From Desulfosudaceae bacterium (GTDB lineage Bacteria > Desulfobacterota > Desulfobacteria > Desulfobacterales > Desulfosudaceae), in the NCBI GenBank assembly GCA_963674745.2, contig CAXXDV010000003.1, positions 1,184,001 through 1,248,000 of the forward strand: 64,000 nucleotides of DNA, read 5' to 3'. Both the position numbers and the translations under genes were made by a program. The notes below the pieces were generated by a model, which saw only the letters and a list, made by a program, of their open reading frames with translations, was not told where the DNA came from and did no database searches. Position 1 is the first letter of the stretch. Each line of letters begins with the position of its first letter. This document shows positions 9,100 to 19,678 of this stretch, in pieces.

Positions 9100-12000
9100 A
9101 GGGAACAGGCCCGGCCGGAAAATTCGCTCATTACTTTATTGATTCCAAGCTGACCCCCCTTATTATTGTCGCTTCCATTCTGCTTGGTATCGCGGCCGTG
9201 ATCGCCCTGCCGCGGGAAGAGGAGCCCCAGATCATCGTTCCCATGGTAGACGTGTTCGTTCAAATGCCCGGCGCAAGTGCCAAAGAAGTGGAACAGCGCA
9301 TTACATCGCCCATGGAAAAACTGCTCTGGGAAATTCCCGGCGTGGAATACGTTTATTCCACCTCCAGCCCGGGCATGTCCATGGCCATCGTCCGTTTTTT
9401 TGTGGGGCAGGATGAAGAGGCTGCCATTGTGCGGCTTCAGTCAAAGCTGATGGCCAATTATGACCGTATTCCCTGGGCTGCCACGCCGCCCTTGATCAAG
9501 CCCCGTTATATCGATGATGTGCCCATTCTGGCCCTGACGTTCTGGGGAGAGGACTTTGATCACTACACCCTTCGCCGGGCCGCGGCCGAAGTTGAAAACC
9601 TGATCAAGCGTGAAGACAATGTCTCCATTACCTCCCTGATCGGCGGGGCTCCCCGCAGGATTCAGGTTGAAATCGATCCGGTCCGCCTGGCCGCTTACAA
9701 CCTTGACCTGGACCGGGTAGCGGCGATGCTCCAGGCCGCCAACCAGGAAACCGATCCGGGAAAAATTCCCAGCCCCGAAGGACAACTGCTGGTTCATACC
9801 GGCGGTTTTCTCGAAACCCGGCAGGATGTTGAATCGGTGGTGGTGGGCATATCGAACAATCGACCGGTTTACGTGCGTGATGTGGCCACGGTTATGGACG
9901 GCCCCGGTGAACCGGACCAGTATGTGTTTTTCGGCGCCGGACCGGCGGCGGAAGAAAAAGGTATTGCAGGGGCGCATGAGGGCAAGGGTATGACCCCGGC
10001 TGTTACGCTGACGGTTGCCAAGCGTAAAGGCACCAACGCCATTACGGTGGCGGAAAAGATTTTAGACCGCATTGAAGACGCCCGGGGGAAAGTCATCCCC
10101 GACAATCTGAATATCACGATTACCCGTCATTACGGTGAGACGGCCCAGGAAAAATCCAACGAACTGCTTTACCATATGTTGATCGCCATTGTATCGGTCA
10201 CCCTGCTGATCTGGTTTACGCTCGGACGCCGCGAATCCGGCGTGGTGGCCCTGGCCATTCCGGTCACCCTGGCCCTGACCCTGGCCGTGTTTTACCTTTA
10301 CGGGTACACCCTGAACCGGATCACCCTGTTTGCGTTGATTTTTTCCATCGGTATCCTGGTGGATGACGCCATCGTTATTGTGGAGAATATTGTCCGGCAT
10401 TTCAGGCTTCCCGAAAACAAGGGCCAGTCAAGGTCGCAGGTGGCGGTGGAGGCAGTGGACGAGGTCGGCAACCCGACCATCCTGGCCACACTGACGGTGA
10501 TTTTCGCGATTCTGCCCATGGCCTTCGTGGGCGGGTTGATGGGACCCTACATGCGGCCCATTCCGGTGGGCGCCTCGGCGGCCATGGTATTCTCCCTGCT
10601 GGTGGCCTTTATCATTACGCCCTGGGCCGCCATCCGCCTGATCAGAGACCATAAAACATCCCATGGCGGAGACGATGAGCACGGGCCCGAAGACTGGAGC
10701 ACCCGCCTGTACCGGAAGGCCATGGATCCATTGATTCACAAGCCGGGTATTCGATCCCTGTTCTTTATCGGGGTGGTGGGGTTGCTGCTGGCCTCCTGCG
10801 CCCTGGTCGGAATAGGGCTGGTACGGGTCAAAATGCTGCCTTTTGACAACAAAAGCGAATTCCAGGTGATTATTGATCTGCCGGAATCCGCCACCCTTGA
10901 AGAAACCGCGGCGGCAGCCTTGGAAATGGGCGACTACCTGTCCACGGTCAACGAAGTGACGGATTACCAGGTATATACCGGGACGTCCGGTCCTTTTAAT
11001 TTCAACGGCCTGGTTCGTCATTATTATTTGAGGCAGGGGCCTAACATGGCCGATATCCAGGTGAACCTTGCCGGAAAACATCATCGCAAAGACCAGAGCC
11101 ACGCCATTGCCAAACGTGTGCGACCGGAGCTGGTAAAGATTGCGGAAAAATACAAGGCCCGTATCAAGGTGGCCGAAGTGCCCCCCGGCCCGCCGGTGCT
11201 GTCCACCCTGGTGGCCGAAATTTACGGCCCGGATTACGATCGGCAAAAGGAAATCGCGCAGCAGATAATGGATGTATTTGAAGATACGGCCGGGGTTGTT
11301 GATGTGGACTGGTACATGGAAGACGATCAGCCGCGTTACGACTTTCAGGTAGACAAAGAACGGGCCGCGCTGCACGGTATCAGTGTCGCCCAGATCGCCC
11401 GCACACTTGAGCTGGCCGTCAGCGGTCGCCAGGTGGGATTGCTGCACCTGCCCCTGGAAAAAGAGGATGTGCCGATTACGCTCCGGCTCCCGCTGCCGGC
11501 CCGGGCCAGTATCAAGCAACTGGAAGGCATAAAAATCGCCGCCCCGGGCGGTGCCCTGGTACCCCTGTCAACACTGGTGACGCCGGTAAAAACAACCAAT
11601 GACAAGAGCATTTACCACAAGAACCTGATGCCGGTGGTTTACGTGATCGGTGACGTGGCCGGCGAAAAGGAAAGCCCGGTATATGCCATCCTGGAGATGA
11701 AAAACAAAATCGATGCCATCGACCTTCCCGAAGGCTACAGCATCGAACAGCATACGGCGCACTTGCCGGAAAGCGACCGGAAGTTCACCATGAAGTGGGA
11801 TGGAGAATGGCACATTACCTATGAAGTGTTCCGTGATATGGGTATTGCTTTCGCGGTGGTGCTGGTGCTGATTTTCGTCCTGGTGGTGGGATGGTTCCAG
11901 TCCTTTACCACACCGTTGACGATCATGGTGGCCATTCCCTTTTCGTTGATCGGTATTCTGCCCGCTCACTGGCTGGCCGGCGCTTTTTTTACCGCCACCT

Positions 12001-12326
12001 CCATGATCGGGTTTATTGCCGGGGCCGGCATTGTCGTCCGGAACTCGATTATCCTGGTTGATTTTATCGAGCTGCGGTTGGCGCAGGGCGTGCCCCTTGA
12101 CCAGGCGGTGATCGATGCCGGGGCCATCCGTTTCCGGCCCATGATGCTGACGGCCGCGGCCGTTATCGTCGGCGCCTCGGTGATCCTGTTTGATCCCATT
12201 TTCCAGGGCCTGGCCATTTCCCTGATGGCCGGTGAGGTGGCGTCCCTGCTGTTTTCACGCATGACGGTTCCGGTACTGTATTTTCTTGAAAAGCAATGGG
12301 AATCGGCACATGGCAGTCATTTATAA
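9096..12326 (+). CDS. RND efflux permease (AcrB/CusA superfamily)
   Basis: 1076 aa; [14 protein letters not shown] and RFRPMMLT motifs; ATGA overlap with the MFP gene. Confidence 0.95.
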   Translation: MKGTGPAGKFAHYFIDSKLTPLIIVASILLGIAAVIALPREEEPQIIVPMVDVFVQMPGASAKEVEQRITSPMEKLLWEIPGVEYVYSTSSPGMSMAIVRFFVGQDEEAAIVRLQSKLMANYDRIPWAATPPLIKPRYIDDVPILALTFWGEDFDHYTLRRAAAEVENLIKREDNVSITSLIGGAPRRIQVEIDPVRLAAYNLDLDRVAAMLQAANQETDPGKIPSPEGQLLVHTGGFLETRQDVESVVVGISNNRPVYVRDVATVMDGPGEPDQYVFFGAGPAAEEKGIAGAHEGKGMTPAVTLTVAKRKGTNAITVAEKILDRIEDARGKVIPDNLNITITRHYGETAQEKSNELLYHMLIAIVSVTLLIWFTLGRRESGVVALAIPVTLALTLAVFYLYGYTLNRITLFALIFSIGILVDDAIVIVENIVRHFRLPENKGQSRSQVAVEAVDEVGNPTILATLTVIFAILPMAFVGGLMGPYMRPIPVGASAAMVFSLLVAFIITPWAAIRLIRDHKTSHGGDDEHGPEDWSTRLYRKAMDPLIHKPGIRSLFFIGVVGLLLASCALVGIGLVRVKMLPFDNKSEFQVIIDLPESATLEETAAAALEMGDYLSTVNEVTDYQVYTGTSGPFNFNGLVRHYYLRQGPNMADIQVNLAGKHHRKDQSHAIAKRVRPELVKIAEKYKARIKVAEVPPGPPVLSTLVAEIYGPDYDRQKEIAQQIMDVFEDTAGVVDVDWYMEDDQPRYDFQVDKERAALHGISVAQIARTLELAVSGRQVGLLHLPLEKEDVPITLRLPLPARASIKQLEGIKIAAPGGALVPLSTLVTPVKTTNDKSIYHKNLMPVVYVIGDVAGEKESPVYAILEMKNKIDAIDLPEGYSIEQHTAHLPESDRKFTMKWDGEWHITYEVFRDMGIAFAVVLVLIFVLVVGWFQSFTTPLTIMVAIPFSLIGILPAHWLAGAFFTATSMIGFIAGAGIVVRNSIILVDFIELRLAQGVPLDQAVIDAGAIRFRPMMLTAAAVIVGASVILFDPIFQGLAISLMAGEVASLLFSRMTVPVLYFLEKQWESAHGSHL

Positions 12327-12462
12327 ATTTTGTTGACAATGCGAAAGGTATCGTTTTATTTAAATTTTCGGGTTAAACTTCCGGTTTGACCGGATTATAG
12401 AAAAAAAGGGATAAAAACGGTTGGATGGTTCCGCGCAAGATTGATTTAAACTTGTTTGTTTC

Positions 12463-13548
12463 ATGATCAGTTTGATACCAAATAATGATTCCGGTCAGGC
12501 GTTGCGAATCCGGCGGGCATTGCTGGCGCTTTCCGGTTATTTCGTTATCTTTCTCGCTACCCTGATCTGTCATTACGGGGGAATGACAATCAATATCACT
12601 CTTGGTGGTATCTTCCTGCTGTATCTGTCTCTTGTGATGATTTACATCGTTGTTTTTCTTCTGATTTTTTCCGGGTTGAACCTGAAATTCAAAGATCCCA
12701 GCCTGACCGTATTTCAGCTGTTTATCGCCATCTGCTGGGCCGCGCAGATGGCTTACTTCACCAGTCCCGATATCAGGGGCAGTATTACCACGATTTATAT
12801 ATTGATGTTTATGTACGGTATTTTCCAGTTGCGGTTCCGGGAGTTCCTGGCACTCGTTGCCATGGCGGTCATGTTGTATGTTTTTTCCATGATGCTGCTT
12901 TATCACAACCATCCGGAATCGGTGGAGGTGATGACAGAAATTGTCCGCGCCATGATCCTGTTTATCGCGCTGCTGTGGGTTTCTTACATATCCACCTATG
13001 TTTTCAGATTAAGGCAAAAGGTCAAACTTCTGGCGACGCGTGATCCCCTGACAAACATTTACAACCGCAGAGAAATCCTTGAAATCCTGAAACGGGAGAA
13101 AGCATTTTCAGACCGCTTGGGGTTCCCCTTTACCCTCTGTATCCTGGACCTTGATGATTTCAAAAGAGTCAATGATACTTACGGGCACCAGGCCGGAGAC
13201 AATGTATTAAAAGCCTTTACCCGGACCATCAAAATGAATGTCCGGGCGGAGGATTATGTGGGACGTTACGGAGGAGAAGAGTTTTTTGTCATTTTTGTGA
13301 GTATTGACTGCAATGACTGCAACCCCGCCTGTGTTGAACGCCTGCTGTCGGCCACGCGGAGACTGACTTTTCCGGATATCGACAAGGACCTGCGGTTGAC
13401 CATATCCATCGGTGCCACGGCTTATATCCAGAACGGTGTTTCAGTAGACGGGCTGATATCAAGAGCGGATGAAGCCCTTTACCGGGCCAAGTCCGGCGGA
13501 AAGGACAGGGTTGAATACAGCATGCCTGTAATAAACCCGGATTTGTAG
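12463..13548 (+). CDS. Membrane-bound diguanylate cyclase (GGDEF)
   Basis: About six TM segments with an FKDPSLT motif (as recalled for SadC-like cyclases), DPLT, DLDDFKRVND, RAED I-site, GGEEF active site. Confidence 0.92.
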   Translation: MISLIPNNDSGQALRIRRALLALSGYFVIFLATLICHYGGMTINITLGGIFLLYLSLVMIYIVVFLLIFSGLNLKFKDPSLTVFQLFIAICWAAQMAYFTSPDIRGSITTIYILMFMYGIFQLRFREFLALVAMAVMLYVFSMMLLYHNHPESVEVMTEIVRAMILFIALLWVSYISTYVFRLRQKVKLLATRDPLTNIYNRREILEILKREKAFSDRLGFPFTLCILDLDDFKRVNDTYGHQAGDNVLKAFTRTIKMNVRAEDYVGRYGGEEFFVIFVSIDCNDCNPACVERLLSATRRLTFPDIDKDLRLTISIGATAYIQNGVSVDGLISRADEALYRAKSGGKDRVEYSMPVINPDL

Positions 13549-13776
13549 GGGCAGGCCCACGTGCCTGCCCTGATGAAGGGCAACCACAGGGGGTTGCCCC
13601 TACGGACCGCGGTATACGTTCTTTAATAATGTAGGGGCAGGCCCCCGTGCCTGCCCTGATGAAGGGCAACCACAGGGGGTTGCCCCTACGGACCGCGGTA
13701 TACGTTCTTTAATAATGTAGGGGCAGGCCCCCGTGCCTGCCCTGATGAAGGGCAACCACAGGGGGGGTGCCCCTAC
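13545..13776 (+). repeat. Three tandem REP doublets (period 86 bp)
   Basis: GTAG starts at 13545, 13631 and 13717; identical 27-bp linkers. Confidence 0.92.
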
Positions 13777-13994
13777 GGACCGAGGAGCGCGTGCATGAAA
13801 TATTTTAGGCGCCGGGGGCCGGGTTCAAATCAACCCGAAAAATATTCGCGTTAACCCGAATATGTTTATAAACCTGTTCAGGCAAAACGGTTATATGATT
13901 TTTTGCTAATTTTTACGTTTTTCCTTTGAAATAAGAAAACGATATATTACATTATGCTTCAATACGTTATCAATCACTCAGAAGAAAGATTGAA

Positions 13995-16900
13995 ATGCTA
14001 TCACTCCGGGCAGGCAGCGCTCTTTACCTTTTGTGGATAACTGTTTTTTGCTTGTTTCTTTCGTCGTTCCCGGTAAATGCCGGCCAGACTGTCAGGATTG
14101 TTGATCATCTTGATAAAATCCCCCTTGGCAAACATGTTGACATACTGGTTGATAAAAATAACTCATTCACCACAGATGAAGTCCTTTCCGGCAAAGCAGA
14201 AGATGAATTTGTCCCCAATGTCCGGCCGATTCCGACGTTCGGTTTTCAGAAGTCTACTTTCTGGCTCCGTTTTGATATTAAGAATTCAACCGATAAGAAT
14301 CGGCCCCTGATCCTCGAAAGCAATTGGCCCCACCATGATATCGTCGATTTTTATATTCTTAAAAATGGTAAACGCGTTTTTGAAGAACACCAGGGTGATC
14401 TTAAACCGTTAAACGGACGGGGGGAGAGATATTTAAATCCGATTTTCTCTTTTGCGCCGGCCCCCCAGGAATATTACACGGCTTATCTAAGGGTGCAGTC
14501 CAAGGCCTCCATGATCCTTGATTTTATCCTCTGGGATCCACAGGCCTTTTCCACTCATGCCATTCACAAACATTATGCCTTCGGCGTTTATTACGGTGCC
14601 ATCCTGATAATGATTTTATACAACCTGTTCCTGTTTTTCGGTATCCAGGAGAAGGTTTATTATCTTTATTACGTTCTGTTTATTGCCAGCCTGCTGTTGA
14701 TCCAAATGGTGCTGGACGGGTTTGCCCACGCTTACTTATGGCCGTCTTATCCTGGCTGGGCAAATAAATGCGTCAATATTTTCGTGTTTCTCGGGGTCTT
14801 CTGGGGAACGCTCTTCTGTCAGAAGTTTTTGAATACGGCCGTGAACACGCCGGTTTTCAACAGGCTGTTGAACGTGTTGGCCGGTTTCTCTTTTATCGGT
14901 ATCTGGGTGTTGTTTTTTACCGATGTTTTAATCGCCGGCATGCTTGCTTCGATTACAGGCATCGTATTTGCCGTATTGTCATTCGGGGCCGGGCTGGCCG
15001 GGCTGGCCAAAGGCGTCAGGGAGGCACGGTTTTTTGTTTCGGCCTCGTTCTGCCTTCTGGCCGGTATGGTTCTTGTGGCGCTGGGGTATACCGGAACCAT
15101 AGAAAAGACGTTTCTGTCAACTTTTGCCATGCACATAGGGACAACCATCCAGGCGCTGCTGCTTTCTTTCGGCCTCGTGGATCGTTTCAATGCGCTTAAA
15201 CTCGCCAACTCCCAGGCCCAGGAAGCCAACCTGAAAATGCAGGAAGCGTTTTCACAGAAACTTCAAAAAGAAATTGATCTCAAGACCCTTGATCTGAACC
15301 ACCAGAAAATTCGACTCGAGCAGGCAAACAGTGAACTTAAAAAGATCAATTCGATAAAGTCTCATTTTTTCGCCAATCTCAGCCATGAGCTGCGAACACC
15401 ATTGACCCTTATCAGAGGGTGGACCGATTATATTATAAGCGGCGAACTCGGGCAGATCCCGGAAAAATTAAAAGACATTATCCATAAAATCGATACCCAG
15501 AACCTGGCCCTGACGGAAAAAATCAACCACATGCTGAAATTGTCCAAATTTGATGCCGGCATGGCGGAACTTGTTTTATACCGGCTTGATATTGAAGATT
15601 TTATAGCCGACATCGTTACCAATTTCCGGGATCTGGCTACACACAGAAATATCGGGCTTAATTTTTCCTGCCAATCCAGAATAGATCAGGTCGCCATGGA
15701 CAAGGAAAAATTAACGGATATTCTGAATAACCTGATACGAAACGCCTATAAATTTACCGAAAGAGGTAACATCAATGTGACTTTATCTTCGATGAACAAC
15801 AACTTGATCATCGAGGTAAAGGATACCGGTGTCGGTATGGACCCGGCCAGCATGGAAAATATTTTCAACCGGTTTTATCAGGCGGAAAATTCGGAAGCCT
15901 GGAAGTTTGAGGGTACGGGACTGGGGCTGGCCATTGTCAAAGAGTCGGTCGACATGCTTCATGGTCAGATCACCGTCGAAAGCATAGAGCAGCAGGGCAC
16001 CACCTTTACCATACAGATCCCCATGAACCTGGAAAAACTGGTGCCCAACGCATTTGTTGACCGGCGCAAAAAAGACCGGAGAAAAACGGATCAGAAACAT
16101 GGTCCACAGAATCGACGACTGGGGGGCAGAAGAGAAAGCGATTTTGCGAAGATTACCGGTCAAAATATTGTCCAGATTCTGGCTGAAGACATCAAAACTG
16201 AAGACACGGATTCGGTGGTCGTTGTCGAAGCCGAAAACACAAGGGGCAAACTGGTGATCGCCGAAGACAACAAGGCGGTGCGTCTTCTGTTACAGACCAT
16301 ACTAAAAGATTATACCATGCACCTGGCGCCGAACGGCCTGCTGGCCTGGGAGGCCATTGTGAAGGAACGGCCGGATTTAATTATCTCGGATATCATGATG
16401 CCTGTAATGGACGGATATGAACTGGTTGAAAATATCAAATCCCACAAAGAAACGGAAAATATTCCCATTGTTCTGATTACGGCGACGGCTGATAAAAATG
16501 AGCGGATAAAAGGGCTTCAACTGGGAGCGAATGATTTTCTGACCAAACCCTTTCATCACCTGGAACTGAAAGCCCGCGTGAATAACGTGATCAGTCTGCG
16601 TAAGCTTTACCGGGAAAAACTCCGTACCGAGCAACTGGAAATGTTCTTGCTGGTGCTTGCTTCGGCAATTGAATCAAAAGACAAGTATACCGGCGGTCAT
16701 GTGGAACGGGTGGCTTACTATGCCCGGGACCTGGCGCAAAAAATAAGATTGCCGGAAGACAAGGTGAATGAAATTTATCTGGGAACGATCGTTCATGACA
16801 TTGGAAAAATCGGTATCCGGGATGAGGTGTTAAACAAGACCGGAAAGCTTACCGCGGCAGAGTTCGATCATATCAAGGAGCATCCCGCCATCGGTAAAAA

Positions 16901-17228
16901 TCTTCTTTCAAAACTTGAAATGCTTCCCGCCGCCGTCAATATCGCCTATGGTCATCAGGAGAAATGGGATGGTACAGGGTATCCACAGCGGCTGAAAGGG
17001 CTTGATATCCCCATAGAGGCCAGGATATCGACGGTCGCCGACTTCTGGGATGCCATCACTTCCGATCGCCCCTATCGACGGGCCATTCCGGTTATGGAAG
17101 CACTTGAAATCATGTCTGCCGAACGGGGTAAAACCTTTGACCCGCAACTGTACGACGCTTTTATGGATCAGAGCGAAAAATTGTATCTCAGATACTTAAC
17201 CAACGAGCAATTGAAAGGTTTGAACTAA
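13995..17228 (+). CDS. 7TM-DISM sensor-histidine kinase-REC-HD-GYP phosphodiesterase fusion
   Basis: DISMED2-like extracellular domain (FWLRF), 7TM (YNLFLF), H-box SHELRTPL, N/G1/G2 boxes, REC (AEDN, SDIMMP, KPF), HD-GYP (HDIGK, HQEKWDGTGYP). Confidence 0.92.
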   Translation: MLSLRAGSALYLLWITVFCLFLSSFPVNAGQTVRIVDHLDKIPLGKHVDILVDKNNSFTTDEVLSGKAEDEFVPNVRPIPTFGFQKSTFWLRFDIKNSTDKNRPLILESNWPHHDIVDFYILKNGKRVFEEHQGDLKPLNGRGERYLNPIFSFAPAPQEYYTAYLRVQSKASMILDFILWDPQAFSTHAIHKHYAFGVYYGAILIMILYNLFLFFGIQEKVYYLYYVLFIASLLLIQMVLDGFAHAYLWPSYPGWANKCVNIFVFLGVFWGTLFCQKFLNTAVNTPVFNRLLNVLAGFSFIGIWVLFFTDVLIAGMLASITGIVFAVLSFGAGLAGLAKGVREARFFVSASFCLLAGMVLVALGYTGTIEKTFLSTFAMHIGTTIQALLLSFGLVDRFNALKLANSQAQEANLKMQEAFSQKLQKEIDLKTLDLNHQKIRLEQANSELKKINSIKSHFFANLSHELRTPLTLIRGWTDYIISGELGQIPEKLKDIIHKIDTQNLALTEKINHMLKLSKFDAGMAELVLYRLDIEDFIADIVTNFRDLATHRNIGLNFSCQSRIDQVAMDKEKLTDILNNLIRNAYKFTERGNINVTLSSMNNNLIIEVKDTGVGMDPASMENIFNRFYQAENSEAWKFEGTGLGLAIVKESVDMLHGQITVESIEQQGTTFTIQIPMNLEKLVPNAFVDRRKKDRRKTDQKHGPQNRRLGGRRESDFAKITGQNIVQILAEDIKTEDTDSVVVVEAENTRGKLVIAEDNKAVRLLLQTILKDYTMHLAPNGLLAWEAIVKERPDLIISDIMMPVMDGYELVENIKSHKETENIPIVLITATADKNERIKGLQLGANDFLTKPFHHLELKARVNNVISLRKLYREKLRTEQLEMFLLVLASAIESKDKYTGGHVERVAYYARDLAQKIRLPEDKVNEIYLGTIVHDIGKIGIRDEVLNKTGKLTAAEFDHIKEHPAIGKNLLSKLEMLPAAVNIAYGHQEKWDGTGYPQRLKGLDIPIEARISTVADFWDAITSDRPYRRAIPVMEALEIMSAERGKTFDPQLYDAFMDQSEKLYLRYLTNEQLKGLN

Positions 17229-17254
17229 CATCTGATAATTGAGGATACGAATCA

Positions 17255-18973
17255 ATGGCTGATCGCTTTGAAGAGATTCGGAAGGCTAGAAGAAAAGTCA
17301 TCAAACACACGCGCTGCCGGTTTGAGAAAACCCTTGAAAGCTACCCTGTGCATGATCTTTCCGTAAAGGGCTTTTCTTTTTTATGCGACAGGGAAAAGTG
17401 CTTTTTTGACAAGAATCGGTCGTTAAACGAAATTCTTTTCTTTGATGCTGATGGCAATAAAATCATTGAAGCATCAGGAACCGTCGTTTACACCAAAACG
17501 TTCGATCAGAGCACCGTAAAGGTCGGCGCATCATTTGTATCCACTAAAATTGTTCACTCCATTCTGGGTAAGATAAGAACCACCCGTTATGTCCCTACCA
17601 TCCAGATGGATGCCGCAGTTCAAAACAGTGAAAACGGTTCTAAAGCCCATTTCAAGGGTTTTGTTGCCGATTATACCCCGTCTTCAACCCGGCTGACGTT
17701 TCCCGAAGACCGGCCCCGTGACCTTGAACTGGGTGATCTGGTTCAACTGAAGATTGAGTCAATGGGGAATGTCCTGCTGGAAGATACGGCCAATGTCATT
17801 CGCAAAAAATCAGACGGTTCCGAGCTGATCCTTCAGTTTTCAAAGAAATTCCTGGATGTCCCCAATATTGAAAGCATTTCCGAGTCTTTAAAAGACGCAA
17901 AAGAGACCCGGGAATACCTGGCCGGTTTAGATGATTACGATGCCGTCTCGGATTCGTTCAAGGCCCTGGTATCAGACTGGCGGATGTATATGACGCGTCT
18001 GAAACAGCGGCTTGACGACGAGAATTTAAAAAGCCGGTACCGGGATCATCATGAGCAGATTCATTTTTTGAAAAGCATTGAACAGGCGGTTATGGAAGAC
18101 ATGTACGGCTACATTCAAAAGCTGAACCATTTTGCAGACAGCCTGGACAAGACACAAAGTGGTTATTTCAAAAAATATTTCCGGGAAAACATGGAACCTT
18201 TTTTAAGGTCGTCACCGTTTGTCGCATCGGTTATTGATAAAGACAGGGGGTATGCCGGAAATTTTGAAATTATCAAACAGTTTTTCGACGACGACCCCTA
18301 CAAGGGCGACACCCTTTTCGCCAAAATGATCAATTGCCTGGCCTTGAGCCTTGACGCGGTCACAGCCCATCAGGACCGGATCAATTTTTTGTATGACAAT
18401 CTGATCGCCATGTATGAACAGACTGAAAAACCGTTCTCATTTTTTGTCCTGGGGTCGGGCCCCGGGGAAGAGATCCTGCGGTTTGTTGACCAAACACCGT
18501 TTACGCCGGAAAAACCGGTCCACGCGGCACTGCTTGATATGGATGCCTTTGCCCTGGTTGATTTTAAAGATCATATTCAGTATCTGGATATCAACCATTT
18601 CGAGCTGACCACGCTGAACCATAACCTTCTGAGCATTATTGCCGGCCGCGGAAAAGACCCGGTAGATACGAAATTTTCACTCACCTATTGTGCCGGTATG
18701 TTCGACTATTTTTCACTGAAAGTCTGCAAACGGATTATCCGTTACATGATCAAACATACCCAGCCGGGAGGTGTCGTCATTGTGACCAATGTCCATAAAA
18801 ATTGTTTTTCAAGAGCATTCATGGATTACGGCGGCGAATGGGAACTGGTACTTCGTGATGAGAAGGATATGGTCAGCATTGTGCCTGAAGGCCTTGCCCA
18901 TGATATTTTCCGTGATGAAAACGGCGCCAACATGTATATGAAGATATTTGTACCCGGTTCATTTTCTGACTAG
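17255..18973 (+). CDS. PilZ-domain protein fused to a class I SAM-dependent methyltransferase resembling PhcB
   Basis: N-terminal RKARR and DLSVKG PilZ motifs, a second degenerate PilZ-like domain, then RGYAGNFE, VLGSGPGEE, LLDMD, YCAGMFDYF, PGG and MDYGGEWELVLR. Confidence 0.75.
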   Translation: MADRFEEIRKARRKVIKHTRCRFEKTLESYPVHDLSVKGFSFLCDREKCFFDKNRSLNEILFFDADGNKIIEASGTVVYTKTFDQSTVKVGASFVSTKIVHSILGKIRTTRYVPTIQMDAAVQNSENGSKAHFKGFVADYTPSSTRLTFPEDRPRDLELGDLVQLKIESMGNVLLEDTANVIRKKSDGSELILQFSKKFLDVPNIESISESLKDAKETREYLAGLDDYDAVSDSFKALVSDWRMYMTRLKQRLDDENLKSRYRDHHEQIHFLKSIEQAVMEDMYGYIQKLNHFADSLDKTQSGYFKKYFRENMEPFLRSSPFVASVIDKDRGYAGNFEIIKQFFDDDPYKGDTLFAKMINCLALSLDAVTAHQDRINFLYDNLIAMYEQTEKPFSFFVLGSGPGEEILRFVDQTPFTPEKPVHAALLDMDAFALVDFKDHIQYLDINHFELTTLNHNLLSIIAGRGKDPVDTKFSLTYCAGMFDYFSLKVCKRIIRYMIKHTQPGGVVIVTNVHKNCFSRAFMDYGGEWELVLRDEKDMVSIVPEGLAHDIFRDENGANMYMKIFVPGSFSD

Positions 18974-19120
18974 CGTCCTGGCCGGGCACAGCCTGAACCA
19001 ATCCGGCAAGTAACATAAAAAGGTTTTAAAGTTTTAGGTTTTAGGGTTTTAAACGGCCCTTTTTTAATGGCTGCCACGGGAGTCAGGGGCTCTACGGGCC
19101 GAAGAGATCGTTTATGAACG

Positions 19121-19531
19121 CCCCTGTGCCTGCCCTGATGAACGACAACCACAGGGGGTTGCCCCTACAGGCCGTGGTATGCGTTCATGAAATCGTTATG
19201 TGCGTTCATGAAATCGAGGTCTGCGTTCATTAATATTGTAGGGGCAGGCCCCCGTGCCTGCCCTGATGAAGGGCAACCACAGGGGGTTGCCCCTACAGGC
19301 CGTGGTATGCGTTCATGAAATCGTTGTGTGCGTTCATGAAATCGAGGTATGCGTTCATTAATATTGTAGGGGCAGGCCCCCGTGCCTGTCCAGGTGAAGG
19401 GCAACCACAGGGGGTTGCCCCTACAGTCCGTGGTATGCGTTCATGAAATCGAGACATGCGTTCATTAATATTGTAGGGGCAGGCCCCCGTGCCTGTCCAG
19501 GTGAAGGGCAACCACAGGGGGTTGCCCCTAC
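19121..19531 (+). repeat. REP doublet array (one partial plus three full copies; periods 128, 128 and 107 bp)
   Basis: Full copies start at 19238, 19366 and 19473; linkers made of 21-bp CGTGGTATGCGTTCATGAAAT-like modules. Confidence 0.9.
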
Positions 19532-19566
19532 AGGCGGACCTTATCTGTTACTGCTCGTGTATCAAA

Positions 19567-19596
19567 TTGACAGCCGGAATCATTCCATCCTATAAT
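19567..19596 (+). promoter_or_regulatory. Consensus sigma70 promoter of the TPR-lpoB cluster
   Basis: TTGACA-18 nt-TATAAT. Confidence 0.65.
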
Positions 19597-19678
19597 AGAA
19601 GTTATTGCAGGTTTTCGATGACATTCCACCTGCGCGTTTTTTCATACATCACCAGATGAATATTTTCAGGAGGGAGCC

